From the NCBI GenBank assembly GCA_963575745.1, contig CAUYUJ010000001.1, positions 496,001 through 560,000 of the forward strand: 64,000 nucleotides of DNA, given 5' to 3'. Of the stretch, positions 52,150-64,000 are shown in pieces; position 1 is the first letter of the stretch, and every line of letters begins with the position of its first letter. Under the pieces are notes generated by a model, which saw nothing but the letters and a program-made list of their open reading frames with translations, did not search any database and was not told where the DNA came from. Source of the DNA: Prorocentrum cordatum (taxonomy: Eukaryota). Position numbers and translations under genes: made by a program.

Positions 52150-53260
52150 TCTTGCCACTCATCGCTGAAGTAATTATGACCACTAGAGAGCCTCAAGACT
52201 TTAAGGATGGCCGAGTGGGGATTTTTTACAAAGGCATGGGGGGGCCTGGCCCTCGCGGCTAACCAACGCAGTATCTTGTGCGCAAGCGCTATATGTAAGG
52301 TCCACCACAAACACCTTAGGCGCTTATCTCTAGACTACCGATACTGCGCGCTCATCACGCAACAGTGCGGGGGGATGCCTGGGAGATCGTGCGACACAGC
52401 TGTGCACTTTGTCATGTCCTTCTGGTCTGCGGCTGAGGCCCGCAAAGTTTCTTGTGGTGGGCTGTTTCTCGATCTCATGGCCGCTTTTTACCCCGCCATC
52501 CGCCGGCTGGTATACGATTTCCTTGGCGAAGAAGCCTAGCTTGAGGAATCTGTCGAGGGTCTCTCGATGCCCCCAGCTCTCGTTGAAGGTGTCGGAGCAA
52601 AACTTGCCAATGGGCCGCCCATGGAACAACGCATTGATGACCCCCATCTCTTGGCCCTGCTCAGGGAGGCCTAAAGACGGGCCTTTTGGGCGGTCCAAGG
52701 GGCCGAAGGTTTTGCGATCCCCCGCGCGGGATGTCGACCTGGCACCATCATGGCGACAGATCTCTTCAACGCCGCTTTCGCGAACATCCAGACTGAGATA
52801 GAGAACGAGATGGAGGCAAGAGGCATGAGATGGCTGCCTCAGGTGGCACAGCCTGTGTTCTCCACGGCCAACGAAGACGGCGATCTCTCAGCCACAGTCT
52901 CTTTCGTCGATGACCTTGCCCTGTGCGTGGCCGACCCTGACTCCAGGGGCCTTATTGATGCGTTGTGGGAAGTAGTGGATATCGTTTCCATCATTTGTGC
53001 CCTGCATGGCCTCCGCCCCGCTGCGTCCAAAACAAACGTCATGTTACGTTTAAGGGGGGGGGGGGGGGGGGTTGGTCTCGAGAGGCCTACATGCAATTTC
53101 ATGACAGTGATGAAGCGAAGACTGTCTCGCCGCAGCACAAAATCGTTGTTGATGCTGTCAGGGCCCACAAGTGTCTTGGGGCCATGCTCGCCGACTCTGG
53201 GGAGGGGGGGGCTAGAGATCGCGGCCAGAAGTGTGGCTGCTCGGGCTGCGGCCCGACTCG
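52150..53260 (+). pseudogene. Non-LTR reverse transcriptase domain
   Basis: QQCGGMPGRSCDTA, LFLDLMAAFY, RGCRPGTIMATDLFN, VSFVDDLAL (FVDD at 52903-52914), SKTNVM, HKCLG. Confidence 0.9.
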
Positions 53261-53883
53261 TCAAAACCATTGCCGCGCCTCGCAAAGCTTTCGCCCTGGA
53301 CGCCAAACTAGTGGACGCTGAGGCCTTCGGCTCTAGTAGTTTTTCTATGACGCGGCTCTGTGGAAACCCGTGCCTGGTGCCGTCAGAAACAGGCTACGCT
53401 CTACCCGCGAGTATAGTTACATGTGTGCCCTGGGGCTCCCGTCTGCGAACCCATCGGAGGTCCAGTATGCGCGCCTCGAGGTCCTTGCTAGAGCCGAACG
53501 CCTTCCCTGGGAAGTAGTTGTTCATATCACTCGATTGAGAGTTCTAGCCAGAATGTTTCGATCGGCGCCCCGTTATTTTCCGCGCCTGCTTGATGCGCCC
53601 CTACTTCCCCCACCCGCTTGGACCCGTGCCCTCTCCGAGAGCCCAGGCTGGCCCATGCTTTTCACTGGCCCCGAAAACGTACCTGGAGGGAGGGCGCCAG
53701 ACGAGTGGATCGAGGCAGCCCAAATATCTCCGCCCCGTTTCAGATCCCTAGTCAAATGCGCGCTCGCGTGCGCCAGAGCTTGGTGGCGAGACCAGCACCG
53801 ATTCTATCTGTGGGAGAGGCGCTTGGAGCTCGCCATAGAGGACACGCGCATGCAGCAGATCGTGCACCCCTTCGGCCCCAGGC

Positions 53884-54070
53884 TTCCCGTGCTACGAGTG
53901 CGGTCGGACCTTCGACTCCGAGCGGGCACTGCGTAGCCACAGGGGCAAGCAGCACCCGCAGCTGCTCGCCCCTTCTATGATGGCTACGGGTGCGGTTTGC
54001 CAAATTAGTTGCTGGGATTTCCGATCCGATGGGGGGCTCTATAAGCATCTCGCGAGGGCCCGCGCGTGCT
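53884..54070 (+). other. C2H2 zinc finger plus a second degenerate finger in LINE ORF2
   Basis: FPCYECGRTFDSERALRSHRGKQH at 53884-53955; then VCQISCWDFRS..GLYKHL...AC. Confidence 0.8.
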
Positions 54071-54329
54071 TTCGGGGGTTAGCCGCGGCGGGTGTCAGGC
54101 CTGCACAGGCCGAGATTCTTGAGGCCCGTGCGGGGCGTAGCCGTGATCAGAGCGCAAAGCGTGCCTGAGGTTTAACTGACGACTTCGCCCACCACCCCCC
54201 TCGCCGCGTCCTGGGACCACCGCGGGGCCTGAAAGTGTTCGGCCACGAGGTGCAAGGTGGATGGGCCTGTTGCCCCGCCCCCTCCTCCTCTTCCTCCTCC
54301 CCCCCTTTTGCCCATTCCCGTCCCCCCCC

Positions 54330-55100
54330 CCGTCCCCATCGTTTCCTCCTCCACCTGCTCTCGGACCGGCGCTGCAGTGGTGACCTCCAGGACTGGGTTG
54401 CAAAAACTTGTTACGCAGTGCCCCCTGCCCGTGGTTGTGTTGTCCATTGATGTTGCGCATTGCTCGCGCAAGGGGGATTCTTCCGAATCTGACAACGTGT
54501 CCTCTGGTTGCATCTCATGGGCGAGGGGTGGATCGCGGGGGTGGCGGCACCCCCCCCCTCCAAGACGTGGAGCGCTGCACGTGTCAATCCCCCGCCAGCT
54601 GGCTTTCCTGGACCCCGACACCCCGCCCCCATAGAACACCTGAGCACATGTGGGGACTTCGATGCCTAACGCCCAAAGAACAAGCCCAAGTCGATTTAGA
54701 CAACGCCTGGCTGCGGACCACTTTTGAACTTCTTAGCTGCTGCGTGGAAGCGCGGCCTGCCAGCAGTAATGGAACGCCCGGCTCCAGGTGTGCGCGATAA
54801 CATCCCCAGTTGGTGGCACCTCCCTTTCCTCGCACGTTTTGCCAGGATGCCGGGGGTCCATGTGTTCAGGATTGACATGTGTATGTTCGGGCTCGCTTCC
54901 AAAAACCCACATGTGCCCATGATTGGTCGTCTGTTGCGTGAGTTGCCCCATCGCGGGAGGTGCCAGCATGCTGCCCATCCATTTGTTTCAGATGTGCTTG
55001 GCACCTCGGGGGAGAGGAGCCGTGCCGTCACCAGGGCTCGACCCCCGCAGTTTTGCCGTGTTCTGGCCCAGTGTGTGCTCGTGTCTATCCAGGATCAGTT
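54330..55100 (+). pseudogene. C5 cytosine methyltransferase-like domain at the LINE C-terminus
   Basis: FLLHLLSDRRCSGDLQ (motif I), VLSIDVA..GD, PPSKTWSAAR (motif IV; Cys replaced by Ser at 54559-54561), MWGL...EQAQVDLDN, VMERPA (motif VI), SWWHLP, IDMCMFG..SKNP (motif VIII region), PPQFCRVLA (motif X region). Confidence 0.75.
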
Positions 55101-55929
55101 TTCGGTTTCCTCAGGACCCCCTTTCTGGACCCAGACGAAAGGATCGCTCCTTTCTTTGTGCCCCATCGACCCTTTCATTGAGCTCCAGAGGAGTCGCGAT
55201 TACGTTCTTAGGGTAACCACCCTCCCACTCATAGGAATTGGTGTGCGCGGCACCCTCTCTCGCAGTACACATAAGTTGGAAAGGAGTTTCTATTATGTAA
55301 GCCCCTGGGTGTGCGCGGCACCGTTAACTCTCGCTGACAGTTTTTTTTTTTTTCGCGGCTGGGATGTGCGCGGCACCACAACTCTCGCAGTGCCCAGCGG
55401 AAGGTATCCTTTTCGCCGCCGTGAGGTGGCAGTACCCTGGGGAATGCCAGCCCCACCAGCATGTGCGCGTGTGGGTGCCGTTTTTTCCCACTCCTGCCGT
55501 GGTTGTGATCTGCCGAAGTGTCACCACCTACCACGCGCACGGGCTCGACTCCCACGCAGGACTGGTCATTTAAAGGGGGTTCAACGCGCAGGCTCAGGGG
55601 AGCCCCTCGGCCCCAGAGCTTCAACAAAGAACCTTCCGACGAGCCAGGGGCGCTGTCAGACAAGCCCTCCTGGCCGCCTCGGCAAGCGCTCCCAACTCCA
55701 AACAGGGAGGCCACGACACGCCAAATGCGCGCCGAAATCAGCTGTCAGAAGCTGACCGGAAAGCGCGGCCGAAACTCCCGCCACCGATTGGGGCAAGGAG
55801 GAAGAGGAGGAGGAGGAAAAGGAGAAAAAAGCGACAGGATTGACGAGGGACTGGGCTTTGTACTCGGATGGGGGGGGGGAAACGACGTGCTTCACCGCAG
55901 GGAGGCTCGCCCGCTGCCGCGACCGCTGC

Positions 55930-56416
55930 CTCTGCTCTGATCTTCTCTGCTGCCGCACTCGCCTCGCGCTCTGTATTGGGATCCAGGCTCATTCCCTAAG
56001 CACCGACCGACCGACTGAGGAGGAGGAGGAGGAGGAGGAGGAGGCGGAGGAGGCGGAGGAGGAGGAGGAAGAGGACGGAGGAGGATTCGGGCCAACTCGA
56101 CGCCGACGAGGGGGCGCCTTCACTGCCGCTCCTGCCCGCCATGCTGCCGAGAGGCAGCCGCGCGGCCACAGCCGGCCTCTTGCGCCGTCCTGTGTCTCGT
56201 CCTCGTTCGCCTCCGCGCGGGGACCCTGGTCGGCGCCGCGGTGCAGTCGCCCGCGGCCGCGGTGCAGGCGCGTGCCAGCCGTCATGATTGAACAGGCAGT
56301 GGAATCGATGTCCCTCAGCGGCAGGCTGTGCCTGCCCGCCGTGTCGACGGCAAGTCGTAGTCTGACCTTCGCATCCCGAGGGTTGGCAGCTTTGGCATGG
56401 ATGCGAATGTCGGGAC
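55930..56416 (-). CDS. Two candidate phase-compatible exons (56280-56416 and 55930-55995)
   Basis: Both have AG|G acceptors and GC donors; they give PDIRIHAKAANPRDAKVRLRLAVD...CSIMT-GMSLDPNTEREASAAAEKIRAE. Confidence 0.35.
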
Positions 56417-57872
56417 CTGACCGGGGGAGATTACGACGGTGCCCCAGCACCTTCGCGCCGTGTTATGTTTCGGCTGCGCTGTCGAAGCCACCAGTCGTCA
56501 GGCACACGCTCTTTCCTTTAGATGCTGCGCTTCACTCTGGGCGCTCGCAGTGATTGGGCGCCCCCATCTACATGCGCACGCCTTTTCTTGTTGTGTGCGC
56601 GTGTGGGTGGGGCGAAGCTGTGCAAATGAATCCACGGGGTGCGGGTGACCTGGTGACCGCAGCCAGCGGCCTCGCGCCGACAACACGATCGGAGCCGACG
56701 GACGGGCGCCTCGAGGAGAGAGGAAGGGCGTGCACAGGCGGGGAGCGAGACGGCGCGAGTGCCTCCGCCAAGGTTGGGGTAGGGGTGTGTATGTGTGTGT
56801 GTGGGGGGGGCGTGCCTCTATCCGCTTCTGGTGCACCCCTCCGCTCGCTGACCGGCGTCTGACTGTCTTGGGCCTCTTGGCGCCCGCGGACTTACAACGT
56901 GTGGTGTGGGGGAGGGGGGTGCGGCGGGGGGGGCTCAATGGGCGCTGCCGCCATGCGTAGCGCGCTCGCGCGCGCTCGCGCTGCCCCCCCCCCCCCCCCT
57001 CCATCGACGCGCCGAGGGCTGCGCCCAGGGCCCCCCGCGTGCTCGGCGTGTGTGCTACCATCGCGCCGTGTGCCCAGGTGCTCGCACACTGTGCCGCGCA
57101 ACTCCTACTGCCTCCCCAGGTCGCGGATCCCCATATCGGCAGTCGCGCCTCCTCCCTGCTATCTCCTCCATGCCTCCCTCCTGCCTCCCTCCCCCTCGGC
57201 AGGAGAGCGACGTGTCTACCAATTGCCCGTCGGACTCCGGGCTCCTTGCGGGCCACGTGCCCGTGGTGTGCGACGACCAGTAGAGCTTTTTTGTTCTCTT
57301 CTTTCTGCCCTGCTCCTCCTCCTCCCTCCTCCTCCCTTCTCCTCCTCCGTCCTCCTCCTTCTCCTCCTCCTTCTTCCTCCTCCTCTTCCCTCCTCCTCCT
57401 CCTCCTCCTCCTCCTCCTCCTCCTCCTCCTCCTCCTCCTCCTCCTCCTCCTCCGTGTGGGGACGCCGTGCCTCCTCCTCGTCCTCGCCCTCGTCCTCGTC
57501 CAACCCTTCTTTTATATCGAGGGCTGAGTTTTGTCAGCGCCTGGGGTCCCTTTTGGGCGTCCCGAGGCCACCTGGAACTTTGGAGGCCTCCAGGGACGTT
57601 CGGGACCTCCTTCTCTTCCTCCTCGCACCGGCCCCCCAGCAGCACAGGCCACGACGCACCTTTTCGCCGCGCCTTGGGCCTGGGCTCAGCCCAGCTTTGA
57701 AACCCAGGCGGAGATGGGGCCGGTGATGCCAGGCAGTGTTTCTGTTTTTGTTTTTGTTGTTGTTTTTGCTGTTGGTGGGAGCCCCGGCGCCGCCCCCCCC
57801 CCCCCCCCCCCCAAGCAACCGAGCAACCGAGCAACCCTCTCTGGGGGTCTCCTGGGGGCGCCAAGGATTCCC

Positions 57873-58152
57873 TAATAGGATTTCCTAGGAAGTCTATAGG
57901 CTTCCATAGGAATTCTATAGACCTCCTTCGGAATTCTATAGGCCCCCATCGGAATTTTATAGGCCTCCATAGGAATTCTACAGGCCCCCATGGGAATTCT
58001 ATAGGCCTCCATCGGAATTCGATGGGCCTCCATAGGAATTCTATAGGTCTCCATAGGAATTCTATATAAGCCCCCATAGAAATTGTATCGGCCTCCATAG
58101 GAATTCCATCGGCCTCCATCGGAATTCTATAGGCCTCCGTAGGAATTCTATA
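57873..58152. repeat. 21-bp minisatellite (CCATAGGAATTCTATAGGCCT)n, about 13 copies
   Basis: Directly visible; near-palindromic around GAATTC. Confidence 0.95.
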
Positions 58153-58724
58153 ACCCCCGTCGTCGTCGTCGTCGCCGCCGTCGTCGTCGTCGTCGCCGCC
58201 GTCGTCGTTGTCGTCGTCGTCGTCGTCGGCTTCGTCGCCCCGCCACCGCGCGCCACCTGGCGTGCCCGCCCGGTGGGAGGGGCAGGGAGATAGAGGGACA
58301 CTGGCGGGGCGGAGGACGAGGCCGCCGACGACGACAATGACAATGAGAATGATGGTGATGATGACGACGACGATGATGATGATGAGGATGCGGATGAGGA
58401 TGCTGATGATGATGATGAGGATGATGATGAGGATGGTGATGATGAGGAGGACGTGGATGAGGATGATGATGACGATGATGATGATGATGACGACGACGAC
58501 GACTACGATGATGATGATGGTGATGATGACGACGACGATGATGATGATGATGATGGAAATGGTGATGATGAGGATGACGTGGATGAGGATGATGACGATG
58601 ATGATGATGATGATGAGTAATACGAGGTGGACGATGATGCTGATGATGAGTAAGACGAGGTGGACGATGAGTAAGACGAGGTGGACGATGAGTGAGACGA
58701 TGATGCTGATCTGTAAGACGAGGT

Positions 58725-59483
58725 ACAGTCTGTATCGGATCTGTATGGGGTCCCATGCAGTCTGTATAGGATCTCTACAGGATCCTATACAGTCTGTATC
58801 GGACCTCTATAGGATCCTATACAGTCTGTATCAGATCCCTACAGGACCCCATACAGTCTGTATCGGATCTGTATAGGATCCCATACAGTCTGTATCGGAT
58901 CTCTACAGGATCCCATACAGTCTGTATCGGATCTCTACAGGATCTCATACAGTCTGTATCGGATCTGTACAGGATCGTATACAGTCGGTATCGGATCTCT
59001 ACAGGATCCCATACAGTCTGTATCGGATCTCTACAGGATCCCATACAGTCTTGTATCGGATCTCTACAGGATCCCATACAGTCTGTATCGGATCTCTACA
59101 GGATCCCGTACAGTCTTGTATCGGATCTCTACAGGATCCCATACAGTCTGTATCGGATCTCTACAGGATCCCATACAGTCTAGATCGGATATGTATAGGA
59201 TCCTATGCAGACTGTATCGGATCTCTACAGGATCCCCTACAGTCTGTGTCGGATCTGTACAGGATCCTATACAGTCTGTATCGGATCTGCACAGGATCCT
59301 ATACAGTCTGTATCGGATCTGTGTAGGATCCGATACAGTCTGTATCGGATCTCTACAGGATCCCATACAGTCTGTATCGGATCTGTATAGGATCCTATAC
59401 AGTCTGTATCGGATCTGTATAGGGTCCTATACAGTCTGTATCGGATCTCTACAGGATCCCATACAGCTGTATCGGATCTGTAT
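58725..59483. repeat. 32-bp minisatellite (ACAGTCTGTATCGGATCTCTACAGGATCCCAT)n, about 23 copies
   Basis: Directly visible. Confidence 0.95.
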
Positions 59484-59716
59484 TGAAGCGGCGGCACGCC
59501 GGCACGCATACGTTTTTCACCCATAGGACCACGTCAAGGTCCGCAAGGGAGTCCAAGGGAGTTCCAGGTTTTTTTTTTGTTTGGTTGCTGGTTGCTGTTG
59601 CTGTTGCTGGGGGGGGGTCAGAATGCGCCCACGGGGCTCTGAGCGCAGCCTTCGCAATAAGGCGAGGGCGAGTCCGGACGGCTAGAGCTCACGGGGCTCC
59701 CACGCACGCCTTTTCC

Positions 59717-59751
<35 letters not shown>

Positions 59752-59914
59752 GAACTTTCATTTCTGAAGAATAATTATTGTTGATCCCCCCTCACTGGTG
59801 CATATCGTTTTTTCTCAGTCAAACAGTGCCAGTCGACGCTCGCACCCTGTTTTTTGACAGGGAAAATCTTCCGCGTCAAATTGTGCCCTTGGCCCCCCGG
59901 ATTACAACAACAAC

Positions 59915-60370
59915 GGCTCCCGCTTGAGACTTCCTCCGAATTTACTCAGGACCCCCGCTCCCGTCTGAGACTTCCTCGCAATTTACTCAGGATCGGTGCT
60001 CCCGCTTATGACGTCCTCGCAATTTAGTCAGGACCTCCGCTCTCGTCTGAGACGTCTTCACAATTTACTCAGGAACGGCGCTCCCGCTTGAGACTCTCGC
60101 CAGAGAACCCTTCCCATTTTATTGAGGACTTGCGCTCTCGCCAGTGACTTCCATGCAATTTATTCAGAAATCGCGCTGTCGACGCTCAGGAAACACGCTG
60201 CGCCAAGGACGCCGTCACAATTTACTTAGGAATCGCGCCCTCGCCATACTCAGGCATCCCGCTTGAATGTCCCACCCGCCCGACCCGCCCGTCAGGGGAT
60301 CGCCCGCCCGTCGTGGGCTCCCGCCCGAGACTTCCTTCAGGAACGGCGCTTTCGCCTAGGACTTCCTCGA
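59915..60370. repeat. Degenerate ~41-bp tandem array
   Basis: Recurring GCTCCCGCTTGAGACTTCCTC..AATTTACTCAGGA. Confidence 0.8.
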
Positions 60371-60547
60371 ACGTTCACGCTCTTACCTTCCTGCTCCTCC
60401 TTCCTTTCCCTCCTCTCTCCTCCTTCCTCTCCTCCCTTCTCTCTCCCTCCTCTTTTCCCTCATCCTTCTGCCTCTCTGCCCGATCCCCTCTCCCTCCTCT
60501 CCCTCCTCCCTTCTCCCTCCCCTCTCTTGCCTCCTCCCTCCCTCTTT

Positions 60548-60638
60548 TTCCCCATATCCTAAGATGGGGTTCTTGTTCCCCATATCCTAAGATGGGGTTC
60601 TTGTTATTCCCCATATCCTAAGATGGGGTTCTTGTTAT
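60548..60638. repeat. Three tandem copies of TTCCCCATATCCTAAGATGGGGTTCTTG
   Basis: Directly visible; CCCCAT/ATGGGG stem. Confidence 0.9.
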
Positions 60639-63600
60639 TACTTGGACGCCTCCTACTCCTTCTCCTCCCTCCTCCTTCCTCCTCCCCTCCTCCTCTTTCC
60701 TCATATTCAGACCTACTCATACTCAGACTTACTCATGCTCAGACTTACTCATACTCAGACCTACTCATACTCAGACTTACTCACACTCAGACATATTCAT
60801 ACACAGACTTACTCATACACAGACTTACTCACACCCAGACGTACTCATACACAGACTTACTCATACCCAGACTTACACATACACAGTATTACTCATACTC
60901 AGACTTACTCATACCCAGACGTACACATAAACAGACTTTCTCACGCTTGGAGAGCAGATTGTGAGGATGTCTCAGGCGGGGCGCTGGTTTCAGCACCCCT
61001 AAGGGGAGCCGCCAGGGGTGTTTGCACGGGCTCGTTCGCGGCCATGTTGTGGGGATGTCTCAGGCGGTTTGCTTGTTTCTGGCCCAACATCCTTCGCTTT
61101 CGGAGCAGATTGGAGGATGTCTCGAGCGAGGCGCTCATTTCAGCACCCCTAAGGGGAGCCGCCAGGGGGGTGTTGCACGGGCTCGTTCGCGGCCATTTTG
61201 TGGGGATGTCTCAGGCGGTTTGCTTGTTTCTTGCCTGTTTCAACATCCTTCGCTTTCGGAGCAGATTTGGAGGATGTCTCGAGCGAGGCGCTGGTTTCAG
61301 CACCCCTAAGGGGAGCCGCCAGGGGTGTTGCACGGGCTCGTTCGCGGCCATTTTGTGGGGATGTCTCAGGCGGTTTGCTGTTTCTGTGCCCAACATCCTT
61401 CGCTTTCGGAGCAGATTTGGAGGATGTCTCGAGCGAGGCGCTCATTTCAGCACCCCTAAGGGGAGCCGCCAGGGGTGTTTGCACGGGCTCGTTCGCGGCC
61501 ATTTTGTGGGGATGTCTCAGGCGGTTTGCTTGTTTCTGGGCCCAACATCCTTCGCTTTCGGAGCAGATTTGGAGGATGTCTCGAGCGATGCGCTCATTTC
61601 AGCACCCCTAAGGGGAGCCGCCAGGGGTGTTTGCACGGGCTCGTTCGCGGCCATTTTGTGGGGATGTCTCAGGCGGTTTGCTTGTTTCTGGGCCCAACAT
61701 CCTTCGCTTTCGGAACAGATTTGGAGGATGTCTCGAGCGAGACGCTCATTTTCACCCCCCAGGTGGGCCAGATTTTGAGGATGTCTCGATCGGTTTGTTT
61801 GTTTTGGTGGCCAGGCTCGTGGGCGCAGATTCTTCTCAGGATGCCACAGGAGGCTCCAACAGGCTCCAGGAGGCCCCAGGAGACCACATGAGGTCCCAGG
61901 AGGCATCAGGAGGCCACAGAAAGACTCAAGAGGCCACAGGATGTCCCAAGAGGCTCCAGGAGGCCCCAGGAAGCTCCAGAAGGCCTCAGGAAACCACAGG
62001 AGGCCCCAGGAGGCAACAGGAAGCGCCAGGAGGCCTCGGAAGGCAACAGGAGGCCCCGAGAGGCCCCAGGAGCAGGAGGCCTCAGAAGGCAACAGGAGTG
62101 GCTCCAATCCCATGTGTTTTACGTATGCTCCTATCGATTGGGCCTCACCTGGAGCACGATTCTTTGATGTTCTACGTATGTTTCTATAGATGGTCCTTCT
62201 CCTGTGTACACAATCCTAAATGTTTTACTCATGTTCCTATGTATTGGGCCTCTCCTGGGGCACGAGTCCTTGGTGTTTTACGCGTGTTCCTATAGATTGC
62301 CCTTCTCCTGTGGCTCTAATCCGCAATGTTTTATGTACGTCTGTTGCTATAGATTGCGCCTCTCCTGGGGCACGAAACCTTCCTAGGAGGTCCCAGGAGG
62401 TCCCAAGAGGCTCCTGGAGACCCCAGGAAGCCCCAGTAGGTTTCAGGAGGCCCCAGGAGGCCCCAGGCTCATGCACAGAGACGCGCTCGTACTACTGAGG
62501 CTCATTCACACTCCAATTCATTCGCAGTTAGATTGATGTCCAGACCGTCACAACTGAAGCCCGTTAATATTCGAAAGCTCTTGCGCCTAGACATTCACGG
62601 CGGACAGGTCCATGCGAGTAGATGCACATATGGGGAGCTCCACGCAGTGAATAATTACTTGGACGCCTCCTACTCCTCCTCCTTCCTCCTCTTGCCCCCT
62701 ACTCATACTCAGACTTACTCACACTCAGACATACTCATACACAGACTTACTCATACACAGACTTGCTCACACCCAGACGTACTCATACACAGACTCACTC
62801 ATACCCAGACTTACTCATACACAGTATTAGTCATACTCAGACTTACTCATACCCAGACGTACACATACACAGAATCATACTCAGACTTACTCATACCCAG
62901 CGGATTGTGAGGCGCTGGTTTCAGCACCCCTAAGGGGAGCCGCCAGGGGTGTTTGCACGGGCTCGTTCGCGGCCATTTTGTGGGGATGTCTCAGGCGGTT
63001 TGCTTGTTTCTGGGCCCAACATCCTTCGCTTTCGGAGCAGATTTGGAGGATGTCTCAGGCGGGGCGCTGGTTTCAGCACCCCTAAGGGGAGCCGCCAGGG
63101 GTGTTTGCACGGGCTCGTTCGCGGCCATTTTGTGGGGATGTCTCAGGCGGTTTGCTTGTTTCTGGGCCCAACATCCTTCGCTTTCGGAGCAGATTTGGAG
63201 GATGTCTCGAGCGAGGCGCTCATTTCAGCACCCCTAAGGGGAGCCGCCAGGGGTGGTTGCACGGGCTCGTTCGCGGCCATTTTGTGGGGATGTCTCAGGC
63301 GGTTTGCTTGTTTCTGGGCCCAACATCCTTCGCTTTCGGAGCAGATTTGGAGGATGTCTCGAGCGAGACGCTCATTTTCACCCCCCAGGTGGGCCAGATT
63401 TTGAGGATGTCTCGATCGGTTTGCTTGTTTTGGTGGCCAGGCTCGTGGGCGCAGATTCTTCTCAGGATGCCACAGGAGGCTCCAACAGGCTCCAGGAGGC
63501 CCCAGGAGACCACATGAGGTCCCAGGAGGCATCAGGAGGCCACAGAAAGACTCAAGAGGCCACAGGATGTCCCAAGAGGCTCCAGGAGGCCCCAGGAAGC

Positions 63601-64000
63601 TCCAGAAGGCCTCAGGAAACCACAGGAGGCCCCAGGAGGCAACAGGAAACGCCAGGAGGCCTCGGAAGGCAACAGGAGGCCCCGAGAGGCCCCAGGAGCA
63701 GGAGGCCTCAGAAGGCAACAGGAGTGGCTCCAATCCCATGTGTTTTACGTATGCTCCTATCGATTGGGCCTCACCTGGAGCACGATTCTTTGATGTTCTA
63801 CGTATGTTTCTATAGATGGTCCTTCTCCTGTGTACACAATCCTAAATGTTTTACTCATGTTCCTATGTATTGGGCCTCTCCTGGGGCACGAGTCCTTGGT
63901 GTTTTACGCGTGTTCCTATAGATTGCCCTTCTCCTGTGGCTCTAATCCGCAATGTTTTATGTACGTCTGTTGCTTTCCTGGGGCACGAAACCTTCCTAGG
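60638..64000. repeat. Higher-order tandem duplication (unit 1 60638-62653, unit 2 62654 to window end), each with a 16-bp array, a ~151-bp array, a CAGGAGGCCC-rich tract and an AT-richer tail
   Basis: Both units start TTACTTGGACGCCTCCTACTCCT. About 5 versus about 3 copies of the 151-bp unit. Downstream parts are nearly identical (ORFs 61627..62295 and 63253..63921). Confidence 0.95.

Larger units (their letters stand above)
47230..55395 (+). mobile_element. Degenerate LINE with a C-terminal C5 DNA-methyltransferase-like domain (ORF1, APE, RT, C2H2, MTase)
   Basis: Collinear motif remnants (see sub-features) with many frameshifts at expanded G/C runs. Ends are approximate. Confidence 0.85.

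Noticed and set aside
55520..55570. tRNA or tRNA-derived SINE (GGGCTCGACTCCC, B-box-like)
   Set aside because: I could not build a cloverleaf or find a convincing A box.
58725..59483. CRISPR-like 32-bp repeats
   Set aside because: Head-to-tail minisatellite without spacers.
60960..63420. SL RNA gene array (GCCATTTTG within the 151-bp unit)
   Set aside because: Only 9 nt match. GCTCAAG followed by a GT donor is missing.

Overview
This is GC-rich, repeat-dominated eukaryotic DNA, almost certainly from a dinoflagellate. The basis is relics of the dinoflagellate spliced leader (DCCGTAGCCATTTTGGCTCAAG), candidate exons with GC splice donors, and the retroelement types present; a Prorocentrum-like genome is my inference only. 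No intact long gene is present. (1) A decayed DIRS/Ngaro-type retroelement lies on the minus strand at about 1330-6480 (gag, C5-methyltransferase-like domain, RT, RNase H). It has an SL relic at its 5' end and is followed directly by tandem SL remnants and a Cys-rich secreted-protein gene. (2) A decayed LINE lies on the plus strand at about 47.2-55.4 kb (ORF1, APE endonuclease, RT, C2H2 finger, C5-methyltransferase-like domain). Both elements carry a methyltransferase whose catalytic Cys is mutated. (3) There are two LINE RNase H fragments, a DMT/EamA-like processed pseudogene, and short phase-compatible candidate exons of host genes spread across TE-filled introns. (4) There are many MITEs (several with exact TIRs/TSDs, one nested), tandem arrays of 11, 16, 21, 32, 90, 97 and about 151 bp units, a 2-kb higher-order duplication and long trinucleotide microsatellites. 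Most ORFs in the supplied track are artefacts of high GC and simple repeats. Domain calls rest on motif recognition by eye, not on database searches.
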